A stretch of 64,000 bases of DNA from Paraspadella gotoi (Eukaryota; Animalia; Chaetognatha), in assembly GCA_051294375.1 (NCBI GenBank), contig CM119269.1, positions 1,959,601 through 2,023,600 of the forward strand. The letters run 5' to 3'. Shown piece after piece: positions 1-14,481 of the stretch. The translations under genes were made by a program, and so were the position numbers. The first letter of the stretch is position 1. Every line of letters starts with the position of its first letter. A model generated the notes under the pieces. It searched no databases and had not been told where the DNA came from. It worked only from the letters and a program-made list of their open reading frames with translations.

Positions 1-469
1 GTCTTTCTCTCTCTCTCTTCTTCTCAATCTCTCTCCCTCTCCCTCTCTCTCTCTCTCTGCTCTCTCTCTCCTCTCTCTCTCTCTGTCTCTCTTCTATCTC
101 TCTTCTCTCTCGTCCCTCTCTTCTCCTCTCTCTCTTTTCTCTCTTTCTCTCTCTCCCCCATGTCTCTATCTATCTCACACGTGCTGCTGCTGGCCTGACG
201 TGCCATTTCGATCATTGTTTCTGAATTCTGGTGTGGGAAGTGTGAAAAAAAAAAAAGAGTGGGATTTCTTTTTCTCCCTCACAGTCGACTAAGTTCCGTT
301 TATTGCTCATGAGTCGTCGTCACTGTTGTCGACGATGTCTTCGTCGTCGTCNNNNNNNNNNTCGTCGTCGAGTCGTTCAGGCTGATCTCGAACTCAAGGA
401 GGATATGAAGATGAGGGAAGCAACGTGGGCGAACGACTGGAGGAAGCGAAGAGAAAGGGGAGGAAAGAA

Positions 470-669
470 GGAAAGAAAGAATTAAAGAAAAATAGAAAGA
501 GAGAAAGAAAGAATTAAAAAAAGCCAAAAAATATGAGAGAAAGAAAGAAAGAAAGCAAGAAAGAAAGAAAAAAGAAAGAAAGAAAAAAAGCAAGAAAGAA
601 AGCTAAAGAGAAAGAAAGAAAGAAAGATAGTAGGAAAGAATGAAAAAAAGAAAGAAAGAAAGGAAGAAA

Positions 670-710
<41 letters not shown>

Positions 711-890
711 CAAGAGAAATGGAAAGAAAGAAAAAATAATAATAAAGAAAGTTAAAACGAAAGAAAGAAAGAGATAAAGAAAGAAAGAAAGAAAAAAGAA
801 AAAAAGAAGGAAAGAAAGAAAAAAAAAGAAAAAAGAAAAAAAGAAGGAAAGAAAGAAAGAAAGAAAGAAAGAAAGAAAAAAAGAAAGGAT
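470..890. repeat. (AAAG)n low-complexity tract; similar tracts at 3021-3130 and 21480-21691
   Basis: Directly visible. Confidence 0.9.
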
Positions 891-1457
891 AGTGAGCTAG
901 CGGGCGCGCCAACTCCCACGACCGAAATCTTGACCAAAATATTTTCCTTTTGCTTTCATTTTTCTTCTTTTTCTTTTCTTTCTTTTTTTCTACTTCTTTA
1001 AAATGTCGATTGTGATGGGAAAAGTCGTTAGAACCGGTGTACATCTCGTTACTGTTTTTTATTCAACCGAATGAGGTATTTTTGGAACAGATTTTTTCTT
1101 TCCTTTTTTTTCTTTTTTGTTTTTATTTTACGTTTTTATTGTTTATCTTTTGGCTTAGAAACGAATCTGGCCGAGTTCATTAACATAGTCCTTCTAAAGT
1201 TCTAATTTCTAATTTCAAGGATGTTTTATATTAAATTGAAAACAGAGAAAAGACATTGCTGAATAAATAGGAATATTTTGTAATTTTACTTCTGATGTGT
1301 GAAAATTTATGTAGTTTGATGGTTTAAATTAAGAAAATCGTAGTTTATGCAAGAACTAAAATTTTTTCAACTCAATCTGTTAGTATATTTAAAAAGTTAT
1401 GTTTTACGATTTTCTCATTCCAGCTTTGAATTAAATTGCCAGAGAAAATAGAGAGGA

Positions 1458-1523
<66 letters not shown>

Positions 1524-3021
1524 CTTTAAATTTATTCAGCCCACTCCCATTTCATTTTCCTCATTCAAGTTTCAAGAAAGAATCTTCACTTTTTTTTTCT
1601 TTCCTTCTTTCGATTGTGAATTTCGTCGTTCGACTTTCGACTAATTTTTCTCACGAGGACTTTTTTTCTCTTTCTCCGACGGAAACCGACGCCTCCGCCG
1701 CGCGATGGCACCGGAAGTCGCTCCGGCGCTTTTGATAATTTCTTCGAATAACCGTAATAACCAAAGCGGCGCCATTAGACGCCTCAAATGACGCCGGAGA
1801 CGAGACTCCGCGTCGATCGGCCACGGACGATTACGGAAGACGCGTATCACTGACAAACCGGTTTAGAAGGAAGGAAAGAAAGAAAGACCTAAAGAAAGAA
1901 AGAAAGAAGGAAAACAGAAAGACAGAAAGACAGAAAGACAGAAAGAAAGAAAGAAAGAAAGAAAGAGTTGAGTGTAAAAAATATAAAAGCTTTGACAGAG
2001 AAAAAGGCGTTAGGAAAGTAAGTTGGATAGTAAGCTGGATAGTAAGTTGGGTATCATCTGCCAAAAACTAGAGGGACAAACGGCGATTGTCTACTATTTT
2101 CTTTGTCCAACCATATCCCGGTGATCGTCATGGCCATCGCCTTCAGGTCATCGTCGATGTCGTCATCGTCGTCGTCGTCGTCGTCTTGGCCACCAAATGA
2201 AAGTCCGTTGTTTGCGGTCAACTCATTTCTTCGCATCAAATTAACGCGCATCGCAGTCGTCGGCCNNNNNNNNNNNNNNNNNNNNNNNNNNNNNNNNNNN
2301 NNNNNNNNNNNNNNNNNNNNNNNNNNNNNNNNNNNNNNNNNNNNNNNNNNNNNNNNNNNNNNNNNNNNNNNNNNNNNNNNNNNNNNNNNNNNNNNNNNNN
2401 NNNNNNNNNNNNNNNNNNNNNNNNNNNNNNNNNNNNNNNNNNNNNNNNNNNNNNNNNNNNNNNNNNNNNNNNNNNNNNNNNNNNNNNNNNNNNNNNNNNN
2501 NNNNNNNNNNNNNNNNNNNNNNNNNNNNNNNNNNNNNNNNNNNNNNNNNNNNNNNNNNNNNNNNNNNNNNNNNNNNNNNNNNNNNNNNNNNNNNNNNNNN
2601 NNNNNNNNNNNNNNNNNNNNNNNNNNNNNNNNNNNNNNNTTGTCGGCGAAGCAAAAGGCCAGACGTCGATCTTGAATCGATCAAGCTGATCGATCTATGT
2701 TGACGGATCCGTTTCACCGATCGGACTTAAGCTCCTTCGTAAGTCAAATTTCGTATTTGTCAACAATTTACGACTGCAAGACAATTAAGTAAAACATTCG
2801 TTCGAAAAAAATGTCGATTTTTCGCTTCACCTTTTTTTCCCTTCGATTTCGACGTCGACGAACGAATTAGTGGAATCAACGCCGGGAAAAAGTTAGCGTC
2901 GGGCGCCGAGATTTCGGCGCCGGAGGACGTGGATCGTTAACCGGAAAAATCGGGCGCCGGAAATCATGAATTTTGAGTGAAAAAGACGACGACGACGAAG
3001 ACCAATGTTTTGTCTTTGTTT

Positions 3022-3105
<84 letters not shown>

Positions 3106-3257
3106 TCCTTTCTTTCTTTCTTTCCTTTCTTTCCATCGAACCCCTAATCCTTTCCCTCCGTTCACCTTTCGTTTCCTGGAGGCGAAACTGAGGACCAAAA
3201 CTAAATCTTAAATTGATTAATGGACTTTGGAGAATAAAGGGATGAAGGAAACGGAAT

Positions 3258-3375
3258 AGAGAAGAGATCACAGAGGGGTTGAATGGGGGAAAGAGAAGGA
3301 AAAGAGAGGAGATCAGAGAGGGGTTGAATGAGGGAAGGAAAAGGAAAAGAGAGGAGATCAGAGTGGGGTTGAATA
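3258..3375. repeat. Tandem repeat of about 45 bp, gagaggagatcagagaggggttgaatg..., 3 copies
   Basis: gagatca.ag.ggg.ttgaat recurs near 3264, 3308 and 3354. Confidence 0.75.
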
Positions 3376-3869
3376 AAGGAACGAAGAAAGAGAGTAAGAA
3401 AAGTTAAAAAAGATGGAAGGTAAAAGTCAGAAAAAGAAAAAAAAAAAAAAAACAAAAGAGGAAATAGTAAAAGAGGATTTAAAAAGATGCATATGACAGA
3501 AAGAATTAGACAAGGGAGTAATTCCATAATTTTTGTACAGGTCAAAATCGATATAATCTTTTCCAACATCCACGCCTCTTGTTTAAGATCATCATAAGCG
3601 GACTCTTTATCCACGGCACTGTCGCTACCCCACCTGCGCCCACCGCCCCTCCCACCACCCCCACAGTCCACAGCCCGGAGCCGTGGTGATTATAATCTCG
3701 TTTGTATCCATGAAACTCGGTTATTGTGGTCGGTCTGTCGGGCGACGGCCGGCGGAGCCTCCACCGAAACCAGCCGAAAACTAAACACTCGTATTTATCA
3801 ACATCTGACTCCGAAAGAGACAGAGACGGAGACAGCGAGAGAGANNNNNNNNNNNNNNNNNNNNNNNNN

Positions 3870-4434
3870 GAGAGGAGAGAAGAGAGAGAGAGAGAGAGAG
3901 AGATGAAGAAAGAGATAGAGAGATGATTTTGAGAGAGAGTAGAGAATAGAGGAGGGACGGAGATAATTGCCTAGAGCGAGTAAAGATGTATCTACTTAGT
4001 AAATGGATGTGCTGTCAACTTCGCTCCAAGAGAGGAGATGAGAAGAGCGAAAGCAAGCAGGAGAAGTAGAGATGATGAGAGAAGAGAAGAGAGCAGAGCA
4101 GCAGAGAAGAGAGAGACGAGGAGAGAGAGAGGAGAGAGGAGAGCAAGAGAATGCCTCGGAAAATCCCTACTATCACAGTCGACACGAGCCTAATAAGGAA
4201 GGAAATGAACTCGTGGACGGGGTTGGTTTCTTCTTGTGAGCGGAGTGAGGAGTGCGTGACGAATAAAGTGCTGAGGAAGAATAAACTGAGCAGGAGACAA
4301 AAGAGAAAAGAATTCTGGAAATGGAAATGACTTGTAAATGTTTCAAAGAATGAATAGAAATCTTTGAGAGTTATTTGAAATACCTGAGTCAGATCGAGAA
4401 AGGCAGAGAGGGGAGAGAGAGAGAAGAGAGAGCA

Positions 4435-4465
<31 letters not shown>

Positions 4466-7400
4466 AAGAAGACGGTCTTCTATCTTCACTGCTAACCGAA
4501 CCTCCATTCAGTGGTACTGAACCCTGAAGATTTCGGGCACATTGCGCATTAATGACGGGTCGATTGAACTTTTGAATCACCGAGAAACATAAAACATCAA
4601 TATCATAACTGCTCTTGACTTTACTTTATTAATCTTGGGTTTAAAATATAATTTCTTATTAAGACCTTAACAAATAATTACCATATAAAAAAGAAAAATG
4701 CGAGCCAGTGGAATAATTTCAATTAATCCTATCTTTTATCAAATTACTAAGAAGCGGGAACGAAACTTTCTTAAATTAATTCACAAATCACAACATCACC
4801 TTGCATCATTATTGGTCCTTGATAACCCAATGACCTACATCAATGAGAATACATTGGAGAGAGCAACGGCTTCCTTGATTATAAAGATAACTAAAAGGTA
4901 ATGGACCACACATGAAGATACACACATCAAATAAAATGATGACGAATAAAAAAACAACTACGCGTCCATGATTAATTCAGTTATTTTTCAAGTAGAGAAT
5001 GTACAAATTTCTAAAACATTTTACAATTGTTATAAAATAAATTTATTGCGGACTTTTTATCACCCTTAAGTACGGATCACTCTAACACTTTCTATACTCA
5101 ACAACAAGGACATAACAATTACAAAACATATTACAAAACATTTCAATAACTATTAACAATTTCATACTATTAACATTCCAAGACTATTAACATTTATAAT
5201 AACATGTAAGATTGACAACCTCGATTCACTAATTTTTTTAAGGCAGACGCACGCAACATTTCCTGCTTTCTTACTGCTATCATGCCTTCTCAGAGAAAAA
5301 ATTATTCTAGAAATGGAAATACAAAAGTCATTGTTTATTGCCAGGTTGATTCACAAAGATCAGATCGCACATAGCCGGATGGGTGTATCAGACTGACTCT
5401 CCTCTCATCCTCGCAGAGTACTATTCATTTTACTCTATCATCCTCCTCTAGTATCATTTCTTACTATAAACACACATCTACTGTTTCTCTACCCTTTTTT
5501 TATTCTCTTTTTTTTTACTATCTATTCGTATTCTCTTTTTCTTCTATAATATTTTGTTTTTCATTTTCGTATTCTAAATTAATGCCATGTTCTTTGTTTA
5601 TTGTTACAGTGGAAGCTACAAGGAGTTGAGGACTTTCTGTCGTTGGTGTCGTTGCGGCGAGATATTACCAGCATATTGTTCTTTTTTAATGTTTTTTGCA
5701 TTAACAGCAATTCAACATGAATTTTTTTTTTTTTGGTCAGAACAATAGATAAACCCTACATACCACGAGCAATGGCTTTTATGTGTGAGCCTCGCTGAAG
5801 ACCAGCGGGACACACGGGGGGCGTGGGGTCGGCTGTACCCTGCCTGGACTCGATCCGGGCTGGTCGACCCTGCGCGTAACCCATCTCCGCCGTCGTTGTG
5901 TGTGCTGTCTCACAACGATGGGTGACACATGGGTATGACAGCCGTGCCGTGGGGCTTTTGGTAAAGGGGTTGGTGGGTGCGGGGTCCGCTGCGGGCCGCG
6001 GGAGGGCGGGACGAGCGGCCGACCAATTGATGGAGGCGTTGCGCCGCGCGAAACGGCGGAGGGGAGACGCGGTGGCGGGGCGGGAACCGAGACAGGAAGA
6101 AACGATGACGAGGGTGGGAGTTGTGGGAGATAGGACGTTGCGGAAAAGGTGGAATGGACGGTTCGGAACGTGGAACGGTGGACTGTGGACTGGGATTGGG
6201 CAGTGGAGAAAGGAAAGAAAAAGAAGAATAAAGGTGAATTGTTAGGGGTCGGGACTAGGTTAGAAGCGATGGTAGAAGTGAAGAGAGAATTAGCAACTGG
6301 AAGGGTAAATTGTTGAGTGAAAAAAAGCAACATCAAGTGATAACAATGAAGATGACAGCGAGTTATTGGAACGAGCAAAAGTAACCCGGGATTGTGGAAT
6401 GAAAGTATGATTTTTTTTAAGATTGATATTTGTGTGTTGAAGATACTTTAAATGAAAGGGAAGTGATGACGAAGAAAGGAAACATAATTGAAATGGTAGT
6501 AAACTTACATAAGAAGAGCCATGAGTGAGAGAGAAAAATGAGAGAAAGAGAGAGAGGAAGAGATGGAGAAGAGAGAGAGAGGGAGGAGGAGAGAGAGAAT
6601 GAAGAAGAAGAGAGTGAGTATGAAGAGCCTGGGGCCCCTTAAATTCTGGAAGTCACGTCCATACGGAGTAGCGATCGGAGCTTCGAGGCGAGACGGTGTC
6701 TCGTTTCTCGGAGATAAACTGGGACTGATCTGTGGATGCGGTTAGTCGAGGTCGGGTGGTTTGGAGAGGTGGTGGGGGGGGGGAAGGACGGCGCGTTGTG
6801 GGGGAAGGAGATGGGGGGGCTGCGAATGGGATGTAGATACTGACGGACAAGGGGCGGAGGGGGGAGACGAAACAGACTGGTTAAAACTGAAGATAAATCA
6901 ACGAGTCGTGCTTATAAACCTTTCCTAGTGCGAAAGTGGAGGTAACGTGCTTAGGACGGGACCCGACTCTGAAAGTTGCGCCGTTCGTACACGCGGACGC
7001 CACGGCGTTTGTGGCAGTAAAAGGGAAAAGTGAATTGGTAGGTGGAAAATAAGAAATGTAGTCGAAAAACTGTAGGTGCATTAAGAGTTCGGGTAGGGGG
7101 GTGATGGTTGTTTGAGCAAATGATAAGGATCCGACCGGTGGCATGCTGAGTTTCCCGCCTTCTTGAGTGACAAAAACATCGAAACCCTTTCTCGCCACCG
7201 ACTCCTGGTTGCCCACTGTTCCTGTCGCCCCGAGAGGCACTTCGCTTCGAACTGAGAGAGAGGGAGGCCGCCGACTGCCAAATTTAGCACGCAAAGAGAA
7301 CAGGCAAACGACGGGACGACGAACGACAGACCGACGACCATGCACAGTCGGTAGGAGAATTGCGATTTTCAGCGAATTGCAAACGTTGTTCGGCGAGCGA

Positions 7401-7518
7401 GGCGCGGAGAAGGAAAGAAAGAGAATTTCTGAAGAGAAACAAGAAAGGAAGATAATAAAGAAAAAAGAAAGAGAGAGAGCACAGAAGAAAAGAGAGAGCG
7501 ATAGAGAAGGAAAGAAGA

Positions 7519-7552
<34 letters not shown>

Positions 7553-7564
7553 ACAGTAGAGAGA

Positions 7565-7596
<32 letters not shown>

Positions 7597-9320
7597 AATT
7601 AGATAGAAAAAATAACGAAAAAAGTAAATAAATAAAAGAAAGGACAGGAAAGGAGAAGAGAGAGACAGGGCATGAATTGTTTTGATTTAAATTTTTACCC
7701 TTTTCCTTTTCCAACCTCAACCGCCACCCTCCTTGTGGGTCAAGACCAAATTAATGAAAAAATACTAGAATTGTAGGCAGCCCACCAGAACCTATTCAAA
7801 AACCAAGCGGGCAAAATTCGGGCCTCATGAAAAAGCCTTAGGAAGCTCCGTCCTCTGGGCGACTAGGGGCGAACTCGCCTTCATTTATTCTTTTCAACTC
7901 TAGCGCAACTAAGCGTCAGGTCCGCCTCGAAGAACATTGACAAAGATCCTGCTGTCAAAGTACAAAGGACCGGGAGATACTCGAATCAGCCTCACGAATC
8001 GCAGAAACAAACTAATTCTGTACATCAAAGCAGTCAGTTCGAGAAAAAGAAGCGAATTTGGGGGAAGGAGGAGATGGTGTCCAGTGTGGGTGCTGTTTCT
8101 AGCTTCCGAAGTGGAAACTTTTAACTAAGCTAATTGGAATTATAGCTTTAGTAATTAACAAAGAAGTAAAATGAACATTGAAATTGGTACCTTACCAAGA
8201 ATATCTTCGAGACCCCCGCTGCCCATATCCCATAAGCGAGCTATGATTAAAAAAAATAATATAAAAATGTAAAAAATAAATTGTACTTTATTTGATTTTC
8301 CTTTAGTAATGTCATAGTTGTCGAACTGTCATAATTCTCGAGTTAGTTCACTCCAGAAGCCTACAACCAGTTCACCATATTATTCAGTGCGTCTATCTAA
8401 GCTTTGAGAATTTACCCCTTCAAAACCCTTGATAAATATGGAAAAATACGTAAAAACCAAAAGAACTCGAGGTAAATTAGCTAGTATCGTTTAGTGACTC
8501 CTTAATCGCATGAACAAAACTCATCAGACAGGATTTTTCTATTAAAATTAATGAGCAATTAAAAGATATTTATCTGAAAATTAAAAAAATACATTAAACT
8601 CTTGGAAAAACAGAAAAGTGTCTTGGTTCGCTAGTTTAGACCCCTGGTAATGTTTATCGTTCGTTTCGTCGTCTCGTCGTCTTCGTCGACTACTTTCCCT
8701 CGATGCCTCCCCGAGACTGGCCCGCTGTGATCCGCGTCCAAATGATCTAGAATGACCTTAAGATCCTTCGGTTGTGCGACCTCCGAAGGCGACCTGTGGT
8801 AGAGAAGAGAGTACTCTCTTTCCATTAAAGACCCTAATATCGTGTCGTTTTCGAGAGTTTTTCGAGGTGTCGAGGAGGAATTCCCTTACGGTTTAGAAAA
8901 AAGAACCCTCAGATCAAATGAATCAATGAGTATTTAAAACTTTAACTCGAGAAAAATTGTCTCTGACAGAAGGTGTGGTTCGCCTAATTCAGGCCTATTC
9001 TTCAGAAGAATTTTTTAGTAAAACGCTTTAATTTTCAGGCAAGAAGCGCAGGACTTGCTTAAAAGAACTGCGCTCTTGCCTGAGGCCTCACAGACTACAT
9101 CGGCGAATCTTGCGGGGATAGAGTTGATTTTTAAAAAATGGAAGGGCATTTTAACTCTTCTGGAACGAAAAAAAAAAAATATCTCGTAGAGTCCGGGCCG
9201 TATACGCCCCCCCCCCCGTGCTTCTGATTTTAAACCGGAACTACCGGGCGGCGAGCACCTAACTAGACCTGGCTGACTCCACCGGGGGCCGTCTCAACTT
9301 GCTCGTTTTTTTTCCTTTAA
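3870..9320 (+). other. Insertion-rich duplicate of about 9900-13950, probably an uncorrected long read
   Basis: Collinear anchors: 4150/9931 agaatgcctcg, 4570/10130 ttttga..caccga, 8105/13074 ttccgaagtgga, 9020/13754 aaaacg..tttcagg. Starts right after a 25-N gap. Confidence 0.9.
7790..8040 (+). pseudogene. Frameshift-riddled copy of the MEF2 MADS exon; probably an assembly artefact rather than a true pseudogene
   Basis: accaagcgggcaaaattcgggcctcatgaaaaagcc...gacaaagatcctgctg...cctcacgaatc...actaattctg...gtcagttc aligns to 12826-13029 with many single-base insertions. Confidence 0.85.
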
Positions 9321-9896
9321 GAAGATACGCATCCTCCCAGTGTATGTTTTTATTTGCACATGCTTTGGGCCACAGGAAATAGAATTGTTATCCTATGAAA
9401 AATGTAAAGTTTTTGCTAACAGATTATTTTCATTTTTAAATAAGCTGTGGCAGAACATTGTGCAAAGTATAATATGTATGCTTTTACCAATATATACCTA
9501 TTCAATCTTTTATGGAAGTTAAAATAAAAAAAATTGGCTTCCTAATCAATAATACCAAAATCCTTCATCGAAAAAAAGCCATCTAAACAAAAGTTACAAC
9601 TGCACTTAAATACCTAAAGTTGCACGGATTTATTCCTGTGCAAATTTCGTGCAAATGATTTTTCAGAGAGATAATCGAAATTCGTTTTTTGCACAGGATT
9701 GCACCAGGTATTACAACAATGATATGCGTTATGTTTTACTTTTCTTTATTTTTATCGGTTTTGCATGTCAGTAAATAGGAAAGTGTGTGTTCCTATAGAT
9801 CAATGTTTAATATTTTTTGCAATAGGATTGTTTTTACATATTTATATTCCTGTGCAACCTGTGCGAAATATAATATATATATGTTTACATATATTT

Positions 9897-9936
<40 letters not shown>

Positions 9937-10610
9937 CCTCGAGAAAACTTCCCACTTTCACAGTTCGACACGCCTAATAAGGAGGAAATGGAACCTCGTG
10001 TGAGGGTTGGTTTCTTGTGAGCGGAGGTGAGGGGTGAGGATAAAGTGGGTGAGGAAGAAANNNNNNNNNNCCATTCAGTGTTTGACCCTGAAAGATTTTC
10101 GGCACATTTGCGCCTTTGCGGTCGTTTTGACTTTTGAGTCACCGAAACAAAAACATCATCGCGTCTTGACTTTTCTTTTTTAATCTTGGGTTTAAATATA
10201 ATTTCTTTTATGACCTTAACAAATAATTCCATTATAAAAACAAAATCGAGCCAGTTTGAATAATTTCAATAACTATTTTATCATTATTAACGGGACGACT
10301 TTCTTAATTAATTCACAAACACAACAAAATATTAAATATCCTTCATATTATTTCCTTTACTCATGACTCATCAATAATTGTAATAATTGGAAGAGCAACG
10401 CTTCTTGTTTATAAAGACTAAATTTAATGGACCAATGAGATACTTTTCCAAATTAAAATGTGAGAATAAAAACAACTGACGTCATTGATAATTCAGATTT
10501 TCAAGTAGAGAATGTAAAATTTTAAAATCATTTTTAACAATTGTTATGAAATAAGTTTTTGCGCTTTTTTCACCCTTAATCCGATCACTTAACCTTCCTT
10601 ACTCTACACA

Positions 10611-10708
10611 CTATTTTAACATTTCAAACTATTTTAACATTTCATACTATTTTAACATTTCATACTATTTTAACATTTCAAACTATTTTAACATTTTATA
10701 CTATTTTA
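10611..10708. repeat. 18-bp tandem repeat ctattttaacatttca(a/t)a, about 5.5 copies
   Basis: Directly visible; a noisy copy lies near 5130-5210. Confidence 0.9.
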
Positions 10709-10845
10709 GATTCCCTCGATTCTCCTTTTTTTTAGGCAGCCCGAAGTTTGTTCTCCTGTTTCTGTCTCCAGAGAAAATTATTTAGAGGAAATGCAAAAGT
10801 CATTTGTTTTTGCCGGTTGTCCAACCGTGAAATGGTGTATGACTG

Positions 10846-10947
<102 letters not shown>

Positions 10948-11432
10948 TTTTACTGTCTCTCTCTCAGAAATTCTCTTCTTTCAATTTTCATTTTCGTTAA
11001 AGAATGTCTTTGAGATTTTCAATCATGATTTTTGGATTACTTTCTTGTCGTTGTTGTCGTTGCTTTCGAGAATTTTAATCATTTAAGCATTTAAGCATTA
11101 AATTCGGGTTTTTTTTTCTTTCTTTCACAGTAAATTTTGAAATCTGATACTGTTTTTTTTAGACACTGACTCTTTACTCCCCATCTCTCTTTCTTTTCCT
11201 TTTTTTTTAACTTGTGTTTATTTTTCTTTCTTTTTTGTTCTTTTGTTTTTTCTTTTCCGCTTCGGCGCCGCGTTGATGCGGTGATAAGTCGTTTTCCATA
11301 TTTTTGGCGTCGCCGGCGTCGAACGGCGGAAGTGGGAGAACGCGGTGGGCTGGGAGAACAAGGAGAACAAGGAGAACAGGAAGAAAAACTTGATGACGGG
11401 TGGGAGTTGGGGATTTACTTGCGAAAGGTGGA

Positions 11433-11476
11433 GACTGTGGACTGTGGACTGTGGACTGTGGACTGTGGACTGTGGA
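11433..11476. repeat. Heptamer repeat (GACTGTG)6
   Basis: Directly visible. Confidence 0.9.
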
Positions 11477-12249
11477 GTGGCAGTGGAGGAAAAAGTGAAA
11501 GGAGAAAGAAAGAAAGAGTTTTGGTTGTGTCGGGATTTTAGGAGCGATGAAGAGTGAAAGAGATAAACATTGAAGGGTAAATGTGGATTGTAGAATAATG
11601 AAGAAACAAATCAATGAATAAACGATTAAGAGACATATTGAACGATCAAATAACCGAATGAATTAATAAAATTAAATGGGTTAAATNNNNNNNNNNNNNN
11701 NNNNNNNNNNNNNNNNNNNNNNNNNNNNNNNNNNNNNNNNNNNNNNNNNNNNNNNNNNNNNNNNNNNNNNNNNNNNNNNNNNNNNNNNNNNNNNNNNNNN
11801 NNNNNNNNNNNNNNNNNNNNNNNNNNNNNNNNNNNNNNNNNNNNNNNNNNNNNNNNNNNNNNNNNNNNNNNNNNNNNNNNNNNNNNNNNNNNNNNNNNNN
11901 NNNNNNNNNNNNNNNNNNNNNNNNNNNNNNNNNNNNNNNNNNNNNNNNNNNNNNNNNNNNNNNNNNNNNNNNNNNNNNNNNNNNNNNNNNNNNNNNNNNN
12001 NNNNNNNNNNNNNNNNNNNNNNNNNNNNNNNNNNNNNNNNNNNNNNNNNNNNNNNNNNNNNNNNNNNNNNNNNNNNNNNNNNNNNNNNNNNNNNNNNNNN
12101 NNNNNNNNNNNNNNNNNNNNNNNNNNNNNNNNNNNNNNNNNNNNNNNNNNNATGACTTAAATGAATGAAGTATGAACGAAAGAACGAACGAATGAATTAT
12201 TAAACTCCATAGAGAGGCCTTATGGAGAGAGAGAAAGAGGAGGAGGAAG

Positions 12250-12283
<34 letters not shown>

Positions 12284-12756
12284 TCGCCTCGAACTGAGTA
12301 GAGGGTCCTCCGTCCAATTAGGCGCAAAGTGAAAGGCAACGACGACGACGACGACGACGACGACGACTACCATCACATTCGTGATGATGATCGATCGCGA
12401 ATTTCACTTACAGTTTCTAGCGATTCGCTGAGAAGGAGAGAGAAAGAGATTGAAAGAAAAAAAGAAAGAATAANNNNNNNNNNNNNNNNNNNNNNNNNNN
12501 NNNNNNNNNNNNNNNNNNNNNNNNNNNNNNNNNNNNNNNNNNNNNNNNNNNNNNNNNNNNNNNNNNNNNNNNNNNNNNNNNNNNNNNNNNNNNNNNNNNN
12601 NNNNNNNNNNNNNNNNNNNNNNNNNNNNNNNNNNNNNNNNNNNNNNNNNNNNNNNNNNNNNNNNNNNNNNNNNNNNNNGAAAAAAGAAAGAAATAAATAA
12701 AAGAAAGACAGAAAGAGAAAGAGAGAGACAGGGCAATGACAATTTTTTTTTAATAA

Positions 12757-13098
<342 letters not shown>

Positions 13099-14146
13099 TA
13101 ATTAAGATTTGTATTTCAAAAATGAAAATGAAATTGAAATTGTATACAAAATAGTCTTTCGACCGCCGCTGTCTATCATACGATCTTTTAAAAAAATTAA
13201 AAATGTAAAAAATATGTGTCCGGTTTCGATTTTCTTATGATGTCATTGTCGACTGTCTATTCTCGTAGTAAATAATATTGGTTTCAGCTTTGATTTACTT
13301 AACCTTTTTTGGGAAATCGACCAGAAGCGAGGTAATGCGTAAGTTGTTTTCTCAGCGTATTGGACAAAACTAATCACATCGCCATGGTTTTTATAATAAA
13401 AATATTTACTTGAATAAAAAATACATAAACTGGAAAAAACAAAATGTCTTGGTTCGTTATTTAGCCTGATTTTAGTCGTCGTCGTCGTCGTCGTCTTCGT
13501 CGACACGCTCGAGCCTCCAGAGACTCGCCCGCCGTTGGATCCGTCGTCCAATGATGAATGACCTTAAGAGTCTTCGGTTGTCGACCTCCGATGGCGACCT
13601 GATGGAGAGAGAGAGATCTCTTCCTAAGACCCCAACGCGTTTCGGAGTCGAGGAGTCGAGGAGTCTCCTACTGTTTAGCCGCTCAGTCAAATTAATCAAT
13701 GAGTTTAATTTAGAGAAAATGTCAGAAGATGTTTATCGTAGAAGATTTTTAGTAAAACGTTATTTTTCAGGAACGCAGACTTTTTGACTGCGCCTTGGAG
13801 GCTAAACTAATGAAAATCTGGGAATTGAGTTATTTTTAAAATGTGAGGAGTGGAATCCGTGGTATTAGTTTATTGCTTTAACCGATCGTGTAACACTTTC
13901 CCGCTAAACAAGGTAAGGACGCCAGGAGCGCGCCTCGATATTTCTTCTTTAAATTCAATTAAAGTCAGAAAAGAGAAAGAAAAATAAACGAGAAAATGAG
14001 AAAAAAAAAGAGAAAAAAAAAGAGAAAAAATAACGAAAAAAAAAGGGGGGGGGAAATGGGGAAAAAAAGGGGGGGGAAATGGGGAACGAGTGTTTCAAGG
14101 AATCTTGTTCATTTGTTTGATCAGCTTAAAACAAACAAGAGGCGAA

Positions 14147-14188
<42 letters not shown>

Positions 14189-14425
14189 CATCTGATCTCT
14201 CTCTAACAATTAAAGATTTAGGAAATATTTGTCATTCTTGTTTTGCTATTACGAATTGCAAATTAAAAATAACGGGTAAAGTTTGTGGTCTAACTTATTT
14301 GGATGGAAGCAATCGGTCAGAATTCAAAGTTCTATTGACATTCCGAAGAAAGAAGAAACCTTAGTGAGTCTAAATGATGTTGACATTAATCACCGGTTCA
14401 TAAATAGATGATTGCCGCAACGAGA

Positions 14426-14427
<2 letters not shown>

Positions 14428-14480
<53 letters not shown>
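14428..14480. repeat. (GAC)n microsatellite; others at 12340-12366, 14147-14188, 35535-35592, 50334-50363 and 51487-51515
   Basis: Perfect trinucleotide runs on both strands. Confidence 0.95.

Positions 14481-14481
<1 letters not shown>

Noticed and set aside
514-1044. F/L/S-rich and R/E/K-rich ORFs throughout the ORF track
   Set aside because: They are translations of (AAAG)n, (GA)n and (CT)n tracts.
7790-8040. Second functional MEF2 paralog
   Set aside because: No open frame, and indel noise is spread equally over exon and intron.
10611-10708. 18-bp repeat as a MEF2 site array
   Set aside because: CTATTTTAA has only three central A/T bases and does not match YTA(A/T)4TAR.
13551-13787. 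Protein-like ORF MMNDLKSLRL... after the MADS exon
   Set aside because: No recognisable family and no convincing splice sites linking it to MEF2.
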